A stretch of 64,000 nt of DNA, taken from positions 248,001 through 312,000 of the forward strand of contig NW_003314370.1 of NCBI RefSeq assembly GCF_000143415.4. The letters are read 5' to 3'. Source of the DNA: Selaginella moellendorffii. Its lineage: Eukaryota > Plantae > Lycopodiophyta. This document shows, one piece after another, positions 52,173-63,721 of this stretch. The first letter of the stretch is position 1; every line of letters starts with the position of its first letter. The notes under the pieces were generated by a model. That model saw only the letters and a list, made by a program, of their open reading frames with translations, was not told where the DNA came from and did not search any database. Made by a program: the position numbers and the translations under genes.

Positions 52173-52868
52173 ATGTCTCCTCTCCAAATGTCCTCCTCCG
52201 CTCCAACTCCAGTCGCAATGGCAGCAGCAGCAGTGATGCTCCTCCTCGTAGCACTTGCATTCTCGCCCAGCACCACAAATGCCTACGATAGTGATCCCCT
52301 CCAGGACACCTGCGTCGCCGACCTCACCTCCAAGCTCTCCGTCAATGGATACCCTTGCAAGACATCCCCTCCCAGCGCCGCCGACTTCGTCTTCAAGGGC
52401 CTCGCCACCCCGGCCAGCACCAACAACGCCAATGGCCTGGGGGCCGTGTTTGGGGTCGTCCAGGCCTTCCCGGCTCTCAACACGCTCGGCCTGTCCATCG
52501 CGCGCCTGGATTTCGCCAAGGGAGGCCTCGTCCCGCCGCACACGCACCCGCGCGCGTCCGAGCTCTTCCACGTCCTCGAGGGAACCATCTACGCCGGGTT
52601 CATCACCACGGACAACAAGTTGTATGCCGCTACGGTCAACAAGGGCGAGGTGATGGCGTTTCCGAAGGGGCTCATCCACTTCCAGGTGAATGCCGGGAAT
52701 TCCACGGCTTTGGCGTTTGCGAGCTTGAGCAGCCAGTCGCCCGGATTCCAGCTCGTTGCGAGCGCGCTGCTGGGCAGTGGCATCCCGGACTTCGTGCTCT
52801 CCAAGACTCTGTTTGTGGGTACCAATGTCGTGGACAAGCTCAAGGCTCCATTTGTTCCAAAGAAGTGA
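52173..52868 (+). CDS. GLP: Germin-like protein (cupin), intronless; the true start may be a downstream ATG
   Basis: Signal peptide, DPLQDTCVAD, germin box GGLVPPHTHPRASE, KGE, FPKGLIHFQ. Confidence 0.95.
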   Translation: MSPLQMSSSAPTPVAMAAAAVMLLLVALAFSPSTTNAYDSDPLQDTCVADLTSKLSVNGYPCKTSPPSAADFVFKGLATPASTNNANGLGAVFGVVQAFPALNTLGLSIARLDFAKGGLVPPHTHPRASELFHVLEGTIYAGFITTDNKLYAATVNKGEVMAFPKGLIHFQVNAGNSTALAFASLSSQSPGFQLVASALLGSGIPDFVLSKTLFVGTNVVDKLKAPFVPKK

Positions 52869-53299
52869 GTTCTTCCATTGAGGAGTGTAATATATATGTA
52901 TGTTATTCCGCTTTTGATTCACATTGGAGTAGAAGAGATAAAACTTGGAGGTGGAGAACAGGAACTTCCTGTTTTCTTTGTAACGAGCTTGTCCATCCAT
53001 TGCCATATCTATGTCATGAACTGAAATTATTTGAGATATGAGTATTCTCGTGAAGATTTGGCTCCAAGCGTCAGCTACCTTTTTACAGTCATTGTAAGGA
53101 GTTAAGGCTGTCGAGGACCACCTAGGAAAAAGCTTGGTGTACGTGTTGGCATGTAGACTGGAGCCAATTGAACGAAATAGAGGGGAATGTTCGATTGATA
53201 AAGTGAAATACTGACTAGGCACAATTGTTTTTTGTTTTTTATATTTTCCCGTTATAAGATATATACTGGATATTCTAGAATATTCTACCATCTTGTATT

Positions 53300-56050
53300 T
53301 ATAACTTTTAGACATGTTTATAATTTAAAAGCTAGTTTCAAATGAAAATTAAACCAGATGTTACTGTAGTCTAAAATATTTTCAATATTGGACAGTTAAT
53401 TTTACAAGAGTTTGAAATATAATTTCTATGGTAATACATGTATTACATGTACATGGACTTCTCATCTCGATCTTACTACCTCCGTGTCATCAACTTCTCA
53501 TCTTCCAAAGGGGAGTATGGTATAATGTTTGTAAATATAGATGAGATATGAGAAGTTATATAGATGAGATATGAGAAGTTGATGACAATAAGTCAAGTGG
53601 AACATTTAGACTACTACAAGAATCTAAAATACAAAACCATTAATAAACTTACAAACAACTATGGCTAAAATAAAATCTAAAACCATGGCACAAGCATTAA
53701 TCAATTACAAAAAACCAATGAACTAATTATAATTCCATATTCAATTGCAACCAGAAAGTTATAATTTTGAATTGAAACAAAGGACTTTGAAAACCATTAT
53801 AGTTTATAACACATTATTACAACAAACAATACATCTTATCTCTCAATTTACTTGTTGACAATCCTCCAAGACCATTACTAACTTGAACTCATGACTATAA
53901 GTAAAACCTACCTTTATATCTTTGCTTTGGTCAATATTTAAGACTCGTATTAACTTAAACTCACAACCATCATCCTTATCTAGCATTGCACATGGGAGGT
54001 TACACTCACTCCATTCGTCCTCCACATACTCCTTCTTTCCTCGAAGGAAAAAAAAGTTTTAAAGCACTATATCTATTCAAATTTGTTGTGTTTGTCCTTA
54101 CCCTACTATTTATATTTGGCCTCACTTCATTATTACATCTATTTAGTTTCACTACTTGAGGGCCAAATATTCTATTCGGACTTGTTATGTTTGTTTTCAC
54201 TTCACAATCCATGTCATTTGTCTTTACTCCACTACTGTATCCATTTATCTTTATTCCATCGTTAGGGCTAAACTCTCATTTGTCCTCTCTACCCCCTTCC
54301 CTAAAGAAAAAAAAGTTTGAAGCATCAAGGTAAAAAAAAGAAAGCAAGAACAAAATTAAGGAAGAAATATTATGAAATAAGAAAAAGTGGATAAAGAAGC
54401 ATTGAAAGAAGTATTTACATTAGTTGACAATGCTAAAATGGGGAAATTAAAAGAAAAACATGTGGCTAAAGTTTGGAAATAAAGGACTTTTTATAAAATA
54501 CTTCAGTCACCACAATATCAGCATAAGATTTACTCGCTCAACCTTTTTAACACACAATTCAACATTTAAGAAGGGAAAATCAATAGAAATGTTTACACTC
54601 TTAAAGAAATATATAAACTCTTCAATAACAACAGTAAAATAAAGGATTTGAGTAATACTTACAAATGGGGACAGACATTCAATCTAAAACTTTAGCTAAA
54701 GTGATTTAACTCTTGGAACAAAGGAATACTCAACACTAAAATTGTTCAAATACTTTGCCAATGAAACAAAAGCAAGATTTTTAACTTCATGCGCATAATT
54801 AACATCTAGATTAGTATGATGAGGACATAAAACACTCAACCTAATACCAAACTGAAAATGAGAATCATAAGAGTCACAAATGATTAACGTATTAAAAAAA
54901 AAACACTATAGATAAGGAAGAAACACTAAAAATACAAGAAAATGGCTCAAGCTGAGAAATAAGAAAAAGTTAGGAAAGAGCAAAAGGTAAAAAAGGAGAA
55001 TCAGATGGTAAATTAAAGGATTGATACTTATCCCATGAAATGTTTTTGTCTCTAAAGTTATCTTTATAATAATTAAGTTCCTCATTACAATCATTTGAGC
55101 TGATACATATTGTCTTCCCATAAACTCAATCCTTGAACATTCTCTAAGAATTAAACTGCATTATCCATAACTTGTTAATTAATGTCACGATCACGCTCCA
55201 CATTAACAGGAGACAGCAAAACACCAAGAATAAAACAAGCCATATATTCCATGCACTCACATAATACAATTAAGTTTATACTTTTTAAATGTCAATTAGT
55301 CCCAAAGTCTTTTTTGTTTTCTAAAATATACTATATATTTTAGGTTTTATTTATTTATATTAATCTTATATTTATAAATTATTTATACACTTTGTTAAAT
55401 TGTATTTTAGTTTATTTATAATATTTCTTAATTATTTTTAATTGTAAATAATTTTAATCATATAAGCTATTAAAAGTCTCTATATACTTATTCTTTGAAG
55501 TATTTTTATCACTGTTGCTTTTTTCTATACTCAGTGTTTCTATTATAACTTTGAACCACAGTAGAAGTTGTATTTAGATTTTGGATACGAAGTAAATAAG
55601 TATTAAATTTGAAAGAGACTAAGTATTTGACAATTTGGCAAAGCATGCCATATAAAATACTAGTTATTTCCTTATTAAAATAATTTTTATAGTGATTTAT
55701 TCATTAGGAAAGAAAAAAGACTTTAGTATAAATTAGTTGTAGCAAAATCATGCTAAGTATGAATTTGAAGCTTCTCATTATCTTATACTAAGTTTATATT
55801 GTTTAAGCTAAAACAAAACTGTTTCAATATTTAGGAAAGATGAGTAATCAAACTAAGGATTACAAGATGTAGTAAATGATTATGTATTTATGTTATAGTT
55901 TTAGTACTAAAACTATAACTCTTTTAAAGTTATTTTATTACATAAAAACTAGTAGTTTTATACTATTATCTAGAATCGTAATTATATTTTATAACTATTT
56001 TGCCAATGTCTAGATGCTACCAAACCCAAAAATTCAATTGGACTCTAAAT
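53300..56050. other. AT-rich block, probably decayed transposon or pseudogene material
   Basis: Abrupt drop in GC and CpG content, no long ORFs, short direct and inverted repeats at 53456-53587. Confidence 0.4.
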
Positions 56051-56159
56051 AAGAAAACATATTGAAATGTGAACTTGTAATTTCAAGGAAAAGCAAACCA
56101 GAAAGTTTGCTTGCTGGCTGCTGCAACCTCCATCATTCCGTACACAAATGCGGCATGGG

Positions 56160-56300
56160 CCAGTGTCGGCCAGCCAGACCCATCCATGTCCCCCTGTCCT
56201 CTTCACCATGGCATGTTCGCATGATATGCGGCACGCCCCCTGCCACGTGTCAGGCATGGTGCCGCCACCCGACATTACATCACTGACATTCTCACGTGCA
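56160..56300 (+). promoter_or_regulatory. Candidate AuxRE/G-box module upstream of PIN
   Basis: TGTCGG at 56164, TGTCCC at 56187, CCGACA at 56269, CACGTG at 56244 and 56293, in a GC-rich island. Confidence 0.5.
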
Positions 56301-57277
56301 GGGGGCAACAAGATTCCCCCGGACCGCCACCTTTTTCCATTTAGGGTTAGATTAGGGCTTCGTGATGGGTTCTTTTCCGCTTAAAATACAATGGCGGAGG
56401 TAAAAGGTATAAAACATCGAGCACAATGCAATCGAGTGGTATGGGCCTGGGGAATATACCCACACGCACACGGGGAATAATTTTCTCTTGCGGGTTGATT
56501 ACACGTAATTATGGGTTGTGGAGCACGCCTGACTGTTCTCTGGAACTTTAGTGTGTAGTGTAGGTGGGTATCTCTACTGTGCAAATACATCTAAGCGTTC
56601 TTGGTGGAGTGGGCTTTGATATTTTCTTTTTTCTAAAGCCGTGGAAGTAAAGAGCAGCTCTAGTTTATTGCGTATAGAGTTTTATATGGTTTTGGTCGTA
56701 GAAAATTGCAACTATATATAAATTTAGTGTGAGCGCTGTAGTGTGCTTGATGATGGATTGGGGGACAGCGTGTGGTAGCTTTTGGGGCGTTGAGCTTCTT
56801 CGCCGCAACCGTCTTCTTCCATTTGATTCGCTCCTCGCATCGTCTCGCTAGTTTTTAGCAGCGTTTTCTCCCACTTTTTTTTTTCACGTCCTTGTTCTTC
56901 TTCTTTTTCTACTTGGATGGAATCCAATTGCGCTGCTAACGAGCTGCTCGTTGGAGGAAGCGACGCGAGCTCCTGGGAGGGAGCAAGCAAGCGCAAGCAC
57001 GAGAGCGAGGCAGTCAGGAGTGGTAGTCAGTCGTTTTGCTCTTCTCGAGTTCCTTCTTCCCGAGAAATCTAAGGAATGATTCGAAAGCTTACTTGGAGTG
57101 GAGAGAAGTCGCCGGATTGGACAAGAGTTCCTTTTCTTTCCTCTTCTCAGCTTCTGTAGAAGATCGAGCGACCGAGTCGTAGAGCGAGCGAGTGTCAAGA
57201 AAGTCCTGCTCAAAGAGCACTGGTAAGTAAGCGCAAAGAAGAAGATCCGAAGGAAGAAAAGAGAAGAACCTTTCACG

Positions 57278-59761
57278 ATGATCAGCGCGCACGACTTCTA
57301 TGTGGTGATGAGCGCCGTGGTGCCGCTCTACGTCGCAATGATCCTGGCCTACGGCTCCGTCCGGTGGTGGAAGATCCTCACTCCGGATCAATGCGGCGGC
57401 ATCAATCGCTTCGTGGCGATCTTCGCGGTCCCACTCCTCTCCTTCCAGATTCTCGCCACCAACGATCCTTACAAGATGAACGCGCAGTTCATCGCCGCCG
57501 ACGTCCTCCAGAAGCTGGCCATTCTCGCGGTTCTTCTCGTCTGGTGCCGCTACTCCAACAATGGAAGCATGGAGTGGACTATCACTCTCTTCATGCTGGC
57601 CACGCTTCCCAACACTCTGGTCATGGGGATCCCTTTGCTCGCAGCGATGTATGGCACCGAGTCTGGAAGTCTCGTCGTCCAGGCAGTGGTCCTCCAATGC
57701 ATCATCTGGTACACGCTGCTGCTCGTCTTCTACGAGTACCGCAGTGCCAGGAACCTCATCCGGGACCAGTTCCCCAAGACCGCTGCGTCCATCGTCTCCT
57801 TCAAAGTCGACTCGGATGTAGTCTCTCTGGATGGAAACAGAGAGCCCATCCAGGCCGACGCGGAGATTGGTGACGACGGTAAGATTCACGTCACTGTGCG
57901 GCGCTCCACTGCTTCCAGGCACGACCTCTATCCTCCTTCTCCCATCGCGTCCTCGAAAGCTCTCACGCCGCGGCCTTCCAATCTCACCGGAGCTGACATC
58001 TATTCGATCCACTCCTCGAGGAACATGACCCCGCGGGAGTCCAGCTTCAACCACGCCGAGTACTACTCCATGATGATGATGATGCCGGCTTTCAACAATC
58101 CACCACCACCGCCGCCGCCGCCGCCACCTCGCCACTCGAGCTTCACTGCCTCGGATATCTACTCGCTCCATTCTTCCAGGGGGCCGACGCCGAGAACTTC
58201 CAACTTTAACATCGAAGAGCAGCACCGGCCGTCGACAAAGTCCGCTCCTCCACCGTCTCGGATGATTCCTCCTCCTGTTCCTGCTCCACCCCCTGCCCCT
58301 GCTCCTCCAGCTCCAGCTCCAGCTCTCAATGCTGCTGCCAGCAAGAACGACCTCGTCCATATGTTCGTGTGGAGTTCCAGCGGCTCTCCAATTTCCGAAG
58401 GCAATGTCCGAATGCTCAACGATGACTTCCGCTCCAACAATAACAAGGACGTCCGGCTTCTCGTAGGTGACGATGACGATTGTAAGTTTCCAAAGTTTTC
58501 GTTTCTCGCGCACCACCATAGCCGACTGATGGCCTGTGCTCTGTTTTTTTCTCCTGTCCGGTGTTTATGTCCATCTCCAGCAACGGCAACAGCAGCGTCC
58601 GGAGCTCCTCACGACTTTAGCTTCGGTCACGCTGGAGGAGTGGACGAGGGCAACAGCAGCACCAACATTCCTGCTCGAAATTCCAGCTCCGGCTTGGAAA
58701 TGCCTCCGAAGAACAGCAGCAACCTCGCGGACGATCAGCCGACCGAGATGCCCTCTGTTGGTGTCATGACCCGGCTCATCGTGGACATGGTGTGGAGAAA
58801 GCTGATCCGCAATCCCAACACGTACTCCAGCTTGCTCGGCCTCGGCTGGGCTCTCGTCGCCTACAAGTAAGTGCAAGTTTTCTTCCACTTCGTTGCTCAT
58901 CCTTCCGTCTCTTGTCGCTGTTTCTGGAAGGTGGCACGTCAGGATGCCGGCTATCATCGACAACTCCATCCAAATCTTATCCAAGGCCGGACTCGGAATG
59001 GCCATGTTCAGCTTAGGTACTGGCTCTCTTCTCTTTCACCCTGCTGTGGTTTTCCATCCTGCGAGCTTGTTTGATCGAGGGAGTATCTTCTCTTGGTTTT
59101 GTTGCAGGCCTGTTCATGGCATTGCAGAAGCGCATTCTGGTGTGTGGCACATCAATGGCGTTGTTCGGGATGGTGGTACGCTTTGTAACAGGCCCTGCGG
59201 TAATGGCAGCAACTTCCATAGCTGTCGGCCTCAAAGGTGTCAATCTCCACGTCTCTATAGTACAGGTATACCCCCGTTTCCATCCTTCCAGCACAGCTTC
59301 CACTTCTCCTTCCTTCTTCGAAAAGTAGCTCTCCATCTCTCTTCCAAGTTCCGTTGTCTTTCCTCGTTCTTCGCTCTTCCAAGTCGTGTTCTTCTCTAGC
59401 TGGCCCGCTTCTCGCTGCCTCCATGTCCGTCTTCTCGTCTAGCCCGCTAACTCTTGACTTGGATTTCGGAAAAACAACGCTTTCAGGCCTCGCTTCCCCA
59501 AGGCATTGTCCCATTCGTCTTCGCGAAGGAGTACAACGTGCATCCAGACGTCCTCAGCACAGCGTACGTACTTTCTCCTTTTCCTCCTCCCTCCCTTCTC
59601 TGTGCCCCCCCGCACCACACACACTGTGTGTGCATTCAATTCTCTCTCAACTCACACTGCCCGCCTGTTGCATCTGTGTGTACCTCTCTGCCAGGGTGAT
59701 ATTCGGCATGCTGGTGGCCTTTCCCATCACAATGCTCTACTACGTGCTCCTGGGCCTGTGA
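57278..59761 (+). CDS. PIN: Canonical long-loop PIN auxin efflux carrier, 6 exons
   Basis: [30 protein letters not shown], three TPRxS motifs, [43 protein letters not shown]. Confidence 0.98.
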
Positions 59762-60277
59762 GGGAGAGTGGCGTGAATTCATCACCTCCAAACATTTCTC
59801 TCAACTTCTCAACCGATCGCTGCTTTACTGCCGCTGCTGCTTTTGTAAGTGTCTGCCGACTATAACTTACGGACGATCGATGGAGCTGGCTGGCTGGTTG
59901 GCCGCTTTGGCTGGCTCCAGCTCGATTCAACTTGTTTTCAGCCCAAGAGTTGAAGGAGCTGCTGGTGTCCGACTCATATTCACCCCCCGTGGTGTCTGCT
60001 ATAATTTTTGTTGGAGCGAGCACCAACTGGAGATTCAGCTGCCAGAGATCCAAGTAGCTAGCTAGAAAACAACCGTCCTTGTGTCTGCTTGTAGCTAGTA
60101 GCAAAGCATGGCCCCCTGCTGCCTCCGTTGTACTGGCTGGCTGGCGGATGGGCCGTCTGGAAATTTTTTGAGCTCTGTAGACTTCAAAAAAGTATAACAA
60201 CAAACCCACCGGAGTGCGTGCTGCGAAGCGAATCCTTCTTCCCCTTCCTCTTCTTTTCCCAGAGAAACAACTGTCAA

Positions 60278-61584
60278 TCAGTCATCGTATTCATCCTTCC
60301 AGCCAATACTCTCGTAAAGCGAGGCGCTCGAGGATGCTTGCAGGCCCTTGGCAACAGGAGACATGTTACGGCGCGGTTGTCGGCTGCGGAAGTAATTCCC
60401 GAGGCAGCCGTTCACCACTCGTGGGGCAAAGCCATCGCAAAATCTCTTGGCAAGCTCCACGGCCTGGGTAAAACAACAAGGAAAGTTTATAAAAGTCAGA
60501 GTGAGTGAGCGGCATGAGTTTATAAAGCGAAAACAATGCACACAAACCTCGTTAATGACAATGTTTGGAGATGTCCCCAGAACCTCTATCTCTGCAATAG
60601 CCATGTGCATAATTGTTGTTTCAAGGAGTTTTCCATTGCTCTCGTCCTGACACGAAAAATGTCTTTATGAAAACTCACGTCACTTCTCGGAAAAACAAAG
60701 AAGAAAAGAGGAACTTAGCTACTCTACCTTCCATGTCGAGGGAAGAAGCTCTTTGACAACTGCTTCTTGTTTTTCCCGTCCCTCTGAGGTCGCTTTTATG
60801 ATCTTCTCCGCAAGACTGCAGCATCTCAACGAGATCCAGATAAAAAAACGAGAACACAAAGTCACCTCCTTCCCATACCTTAGAACAAACTTATTGTAAA
60901 CTACACAAGGATGAGCAGTTAGTAGCGCCGCATCTGCAACAAGAAAAGTGGTGCTCAGGACAAAACTTTGAGAATAAGATAGAGCTTTTACCAATTTCTG
61001 ACTGTTGTTCTTGCTGGAATTCCAGTTCTTTGGCTTCGCTTTCACAGCTCACATAGAGAGGCTCGCCGCTCTTGGCGTCATGATCGTATTGGTCCAGTAC
61101 CTTCTCATCAACACGCTCTAGAGAAGAACAAAAAAATATATATAAAGACCAAACATGTGGCTGGAAAGATTTTTATTACCTCTTCTAGCTTGCATTCGAT
61201 CTTCTAAAACTTCCAATGGATCACTGCCAGACACCAATCCCGCATATAACACACACCTACGAACGAGAAATGGATAAGATAACCAAGGAAAACGATAACA
61301 AACTTGGCTTACAAGGAGAGCTCTCGAGCAGCTCTGGGAGAGCGAAGCCTGTGGAATTTGTCGAGCTTACCATCGCTGAGATATGAATACCTATCGCTAC
61401 TCGCAGTGCTGGATTCCTTCTCGATTTCCTCCTCCATTGGTTTCCTGGGAAAATGGAGCACAGTGACTAGCTCCTCCTTGGCAACCTTCTTCGGATTAGA
61501 GATTTTGCTGCTCCTTCTGTTGCGTCCGGCGGGCTTGGAACCGCCGAGACGCATGAGCGGCATCTGCATTTGAGCCAGCGCCAT
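60278..61584 (-). CDS. NusB antitermination-domain protein, probably plastid-targeted, multi-exon
   Basis: RSPRAARELSL..LYA, LHMAIAEIEVLGTSPNIVINE|AVELAKRFCDGFAPRVVNGCL, transit-peptide-like N-terminus. Confidence 0.88.
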
Positions 61585-61866
61585 GCCCTCTATCAAAGCC
61601 CTATACCCAGGAACCCTAATTCCCGCACAAATTTGTAATTATCAGCTTAAAGCGTACTTGCTAACTTAGTTTGTTTGGGCAAGCATGTAATTTGCATGGG
61701 GATTATTCCGTTCCCCTTTCAAGAAGGGTCTAAGCTGTGAGAAGAGATGCTTGGTGCTGATTTCGTGCTTGTCAAATCTATCTCATGAGCGGTCATCAAG
61801 CATTCCCTCTACATTTTGCTAGAAATCTAAATACATGTGAATGATGAACCCTAAATCCCATTTCAT

Positions 61867-63663
61867 ATGCGCAGCGAGCGCGGGATCTATCTCTCCAACC
61901 TTGCCATCCAGAGGCACGGCAGATGCTGCGACATCCAAGAGGCCTTCCAGGAGTTCCACGCCATGAGCGCTCGAAACGATTTCTCGTGGAGGCTCCTCCT
62001 TGGCGCGTGTCTCGGCCAGGGCGATGACGCTTGCCTGGGCGCGGCCATGGACACCTTCCGCCGGATGCCCCTCGCGGATGCCATCTCCGGCACGGCATTG
62101 CTTGGCAGGCTCGCGCGGGGCCGCGGCGTCACGATCGAGCAAACTCTCGCTTTCTTCGATGATCTTCCACTGCGCGATCTCGTGTCCTGGAATTGCGTGC
62201 TGGGAGTCCTCGAGCTCGATCATGCTGGGCTTGTTTTCCATAGGATGCCGCAATGGAACTTGGTGTCCATGAATTCGCTCTTGGCGGCATTTGTGGAGAG
62301 GAAATCTGAGCTTGGTGCTCGTGATTTCTTCGCGGTGATGCCATCTAGGAACATCATCTCCTGGACGACGATGATTCGCTGCGGCACAGATTGCCGCGCT
62401 CTGTTTGATCGAATTCCAGCGAGAAATCTTGTGTCATGGAACGCAGCGCTCACGGAATTTGCAAGATTGGGGGATTCCAATCTCGTGTGTGGGCTCTTTG
62501 ATCGAATGCCGGAGAGGGATCTCGTTTCCTGGACGACCCTTCTCGCGGCTCTCGCGGAAGAAAGCGCCAGTGATCTCCTCAAGATCTTCGCCAGGATGCC
62601 ACTTCACGATCTAGTTTCTTCCACTGTGGCGATCTCTCGCCTCCCGACGGATGAAGTACTGCGAATTCTTGAATCCATGCCGATCCATGATGCCGCTCCT
62701 TGGAATGCGATCTTGGGTTCTTACTTGCGCGATGGAGATCGATTGAGCGCCTACAGGCTCTTTGATCGGATGCCTCTGCGAAATCTAATCTCTTGGAATA
62801 CGCTCCTTACAGCATCCATCGAAGAAGGAAGTTCCCCATTGGAAAGAATATTCCACTCCATGCCCAAGAGGAATAGCGTCTCTTGGAACGCTCTTCTTGC
62901 AGCATATGCCCAAAGAGGGCAAATGTCCCAGGCAGCGAACGTCCTGGATTTAATGCCGGAGAGATCCGTTGTATCGTGGACGGTCATGATCCTAGCCTGC
63001 TGTGCGTGCGTGGATTCCGCCACGTGGATGCTCCAGAGCATGCCAGCGCACAGCCTAGTGACGTGGACAACTATGCTTGCGGTATATGCCCAGTTGGGGC
63101 ATCCAGATCGTGCGAAGATTTTGTTTGACAAGATGCCGTACAGGGATCTCGTCTGCTGGAACACACTAATCGCTGCGTACGGGCATGGCGGGGAGGTCGA
63201 TCTTGTGCCTCGCGTCTTCGATTTGATGCCAATGCGCGACTTAATCGCGTGGTCGGCTTGTATCGCCGCGAATTCCTGCTGTGGGCGGCTTTGGGATTCC
63301 TTTAGCCTCTTCTGGGCGATGGTGCTCCAGGGAATCGCGCCCAATGAAGTGGTTCTTCAATGCATTCTCTCGTGCTGTAGTCACGCAGGGGATCTCGACG
63401 CTGGGATCCATTGCTTTCGATCGATGATCGTGGATCACGCATTGGATCTTTCAAAAGAACACTATAGCTGCATTGTCGATCTCCTCGGCCGCGCTGGACA
63501 ATTAGGGCCCGCGCGCGATCTCCTAGAACACATGCCATTCGTCCCCGACGTGGAATGGACGAGCTTAACGATCCACCACTATTCGTCGCACACGTGGCGG
63601 GCGGGCAAATGGAGCCTAATCCTGCCACCTGGACAAATCGTATTGGATGCTGCGTTTGCTTGA
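61867..63663 (+). CDS. PLS-class PPR protein with a tandem S/SS array and truncated E domain, intronless
   Basis: Repeats of about 31 aa (FDRMP.R.LVSW), then P2-L2-S2 (SCCSHAG, HYSCIVDLLGRAG, MPFVPD). No DYW domain. Confidence 0.92.
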   Translation: MRSERGIYLSNLAIQRHGRCCDIQEAFQEFHAMSARNDFSWRLLLGACLGQGDDACLGAAMDTFRRMPLADAISGTALLGRLARGRGVTIEQTLAFFDDLPLRDLVSWNCVLGVLELDHAGLVFHRMPQWNLVSMNSLLAAFVERKSELGARDFFAVMPSRNIISWTTMIRCGTDCRALFDRIPARNLVSWNAALTEFARLGDSNLVCGLFDRMPERDLVSWTTLLAALAEESASDLLKIFARMPLHDLVSSTVAISRLPTDEVLRILESMPIHDAAPWNAILGSYLRDGDRLSAYRLFDRMPLRNLISWNTLLTASIEEGSSPLERIFHSMPKRNSVSWNALLAAYAQRGQMSQAANVLDLMPERSVVSWTVMILACCACVDSATWMLQSMPAHSLVTWTTMLAVYAQLGHPDRAKILFDKMPYRDLVCWNTLIAAYGHGGEVDLVPRVFDLMPMRDLIAWSACIAANSCCGRLWDSFSLFWAMVLQGIAPNEVVLQCILSCCSHAGDLDAGIHCFRSMIVDHALDLSKEHYSCIVDLLGRAGQLGPARDLLEHMPFVPDVEWTSLTIHHYSSHTWRAGKWSLILPPGQIVLDAAFA

Positions 63664-63721
63664 GCAAGCGAAGAACATCAAAGATTTTGGGCGTGGATAT
63701 TTCTAGGGATGAGGATGTAGG

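Noticed and set aside
52164-53315. 383-aa minus-strand ORF
   Set aside because: Mostly antisense to the GLP coding sequence, extended by AT-rich sequence; no domain signal.
57089-58519. 476-aa minus-strand ORF
   Set aside because: Antisense shadow of GC-rich PIN exon 1, with no recognisable motifs.
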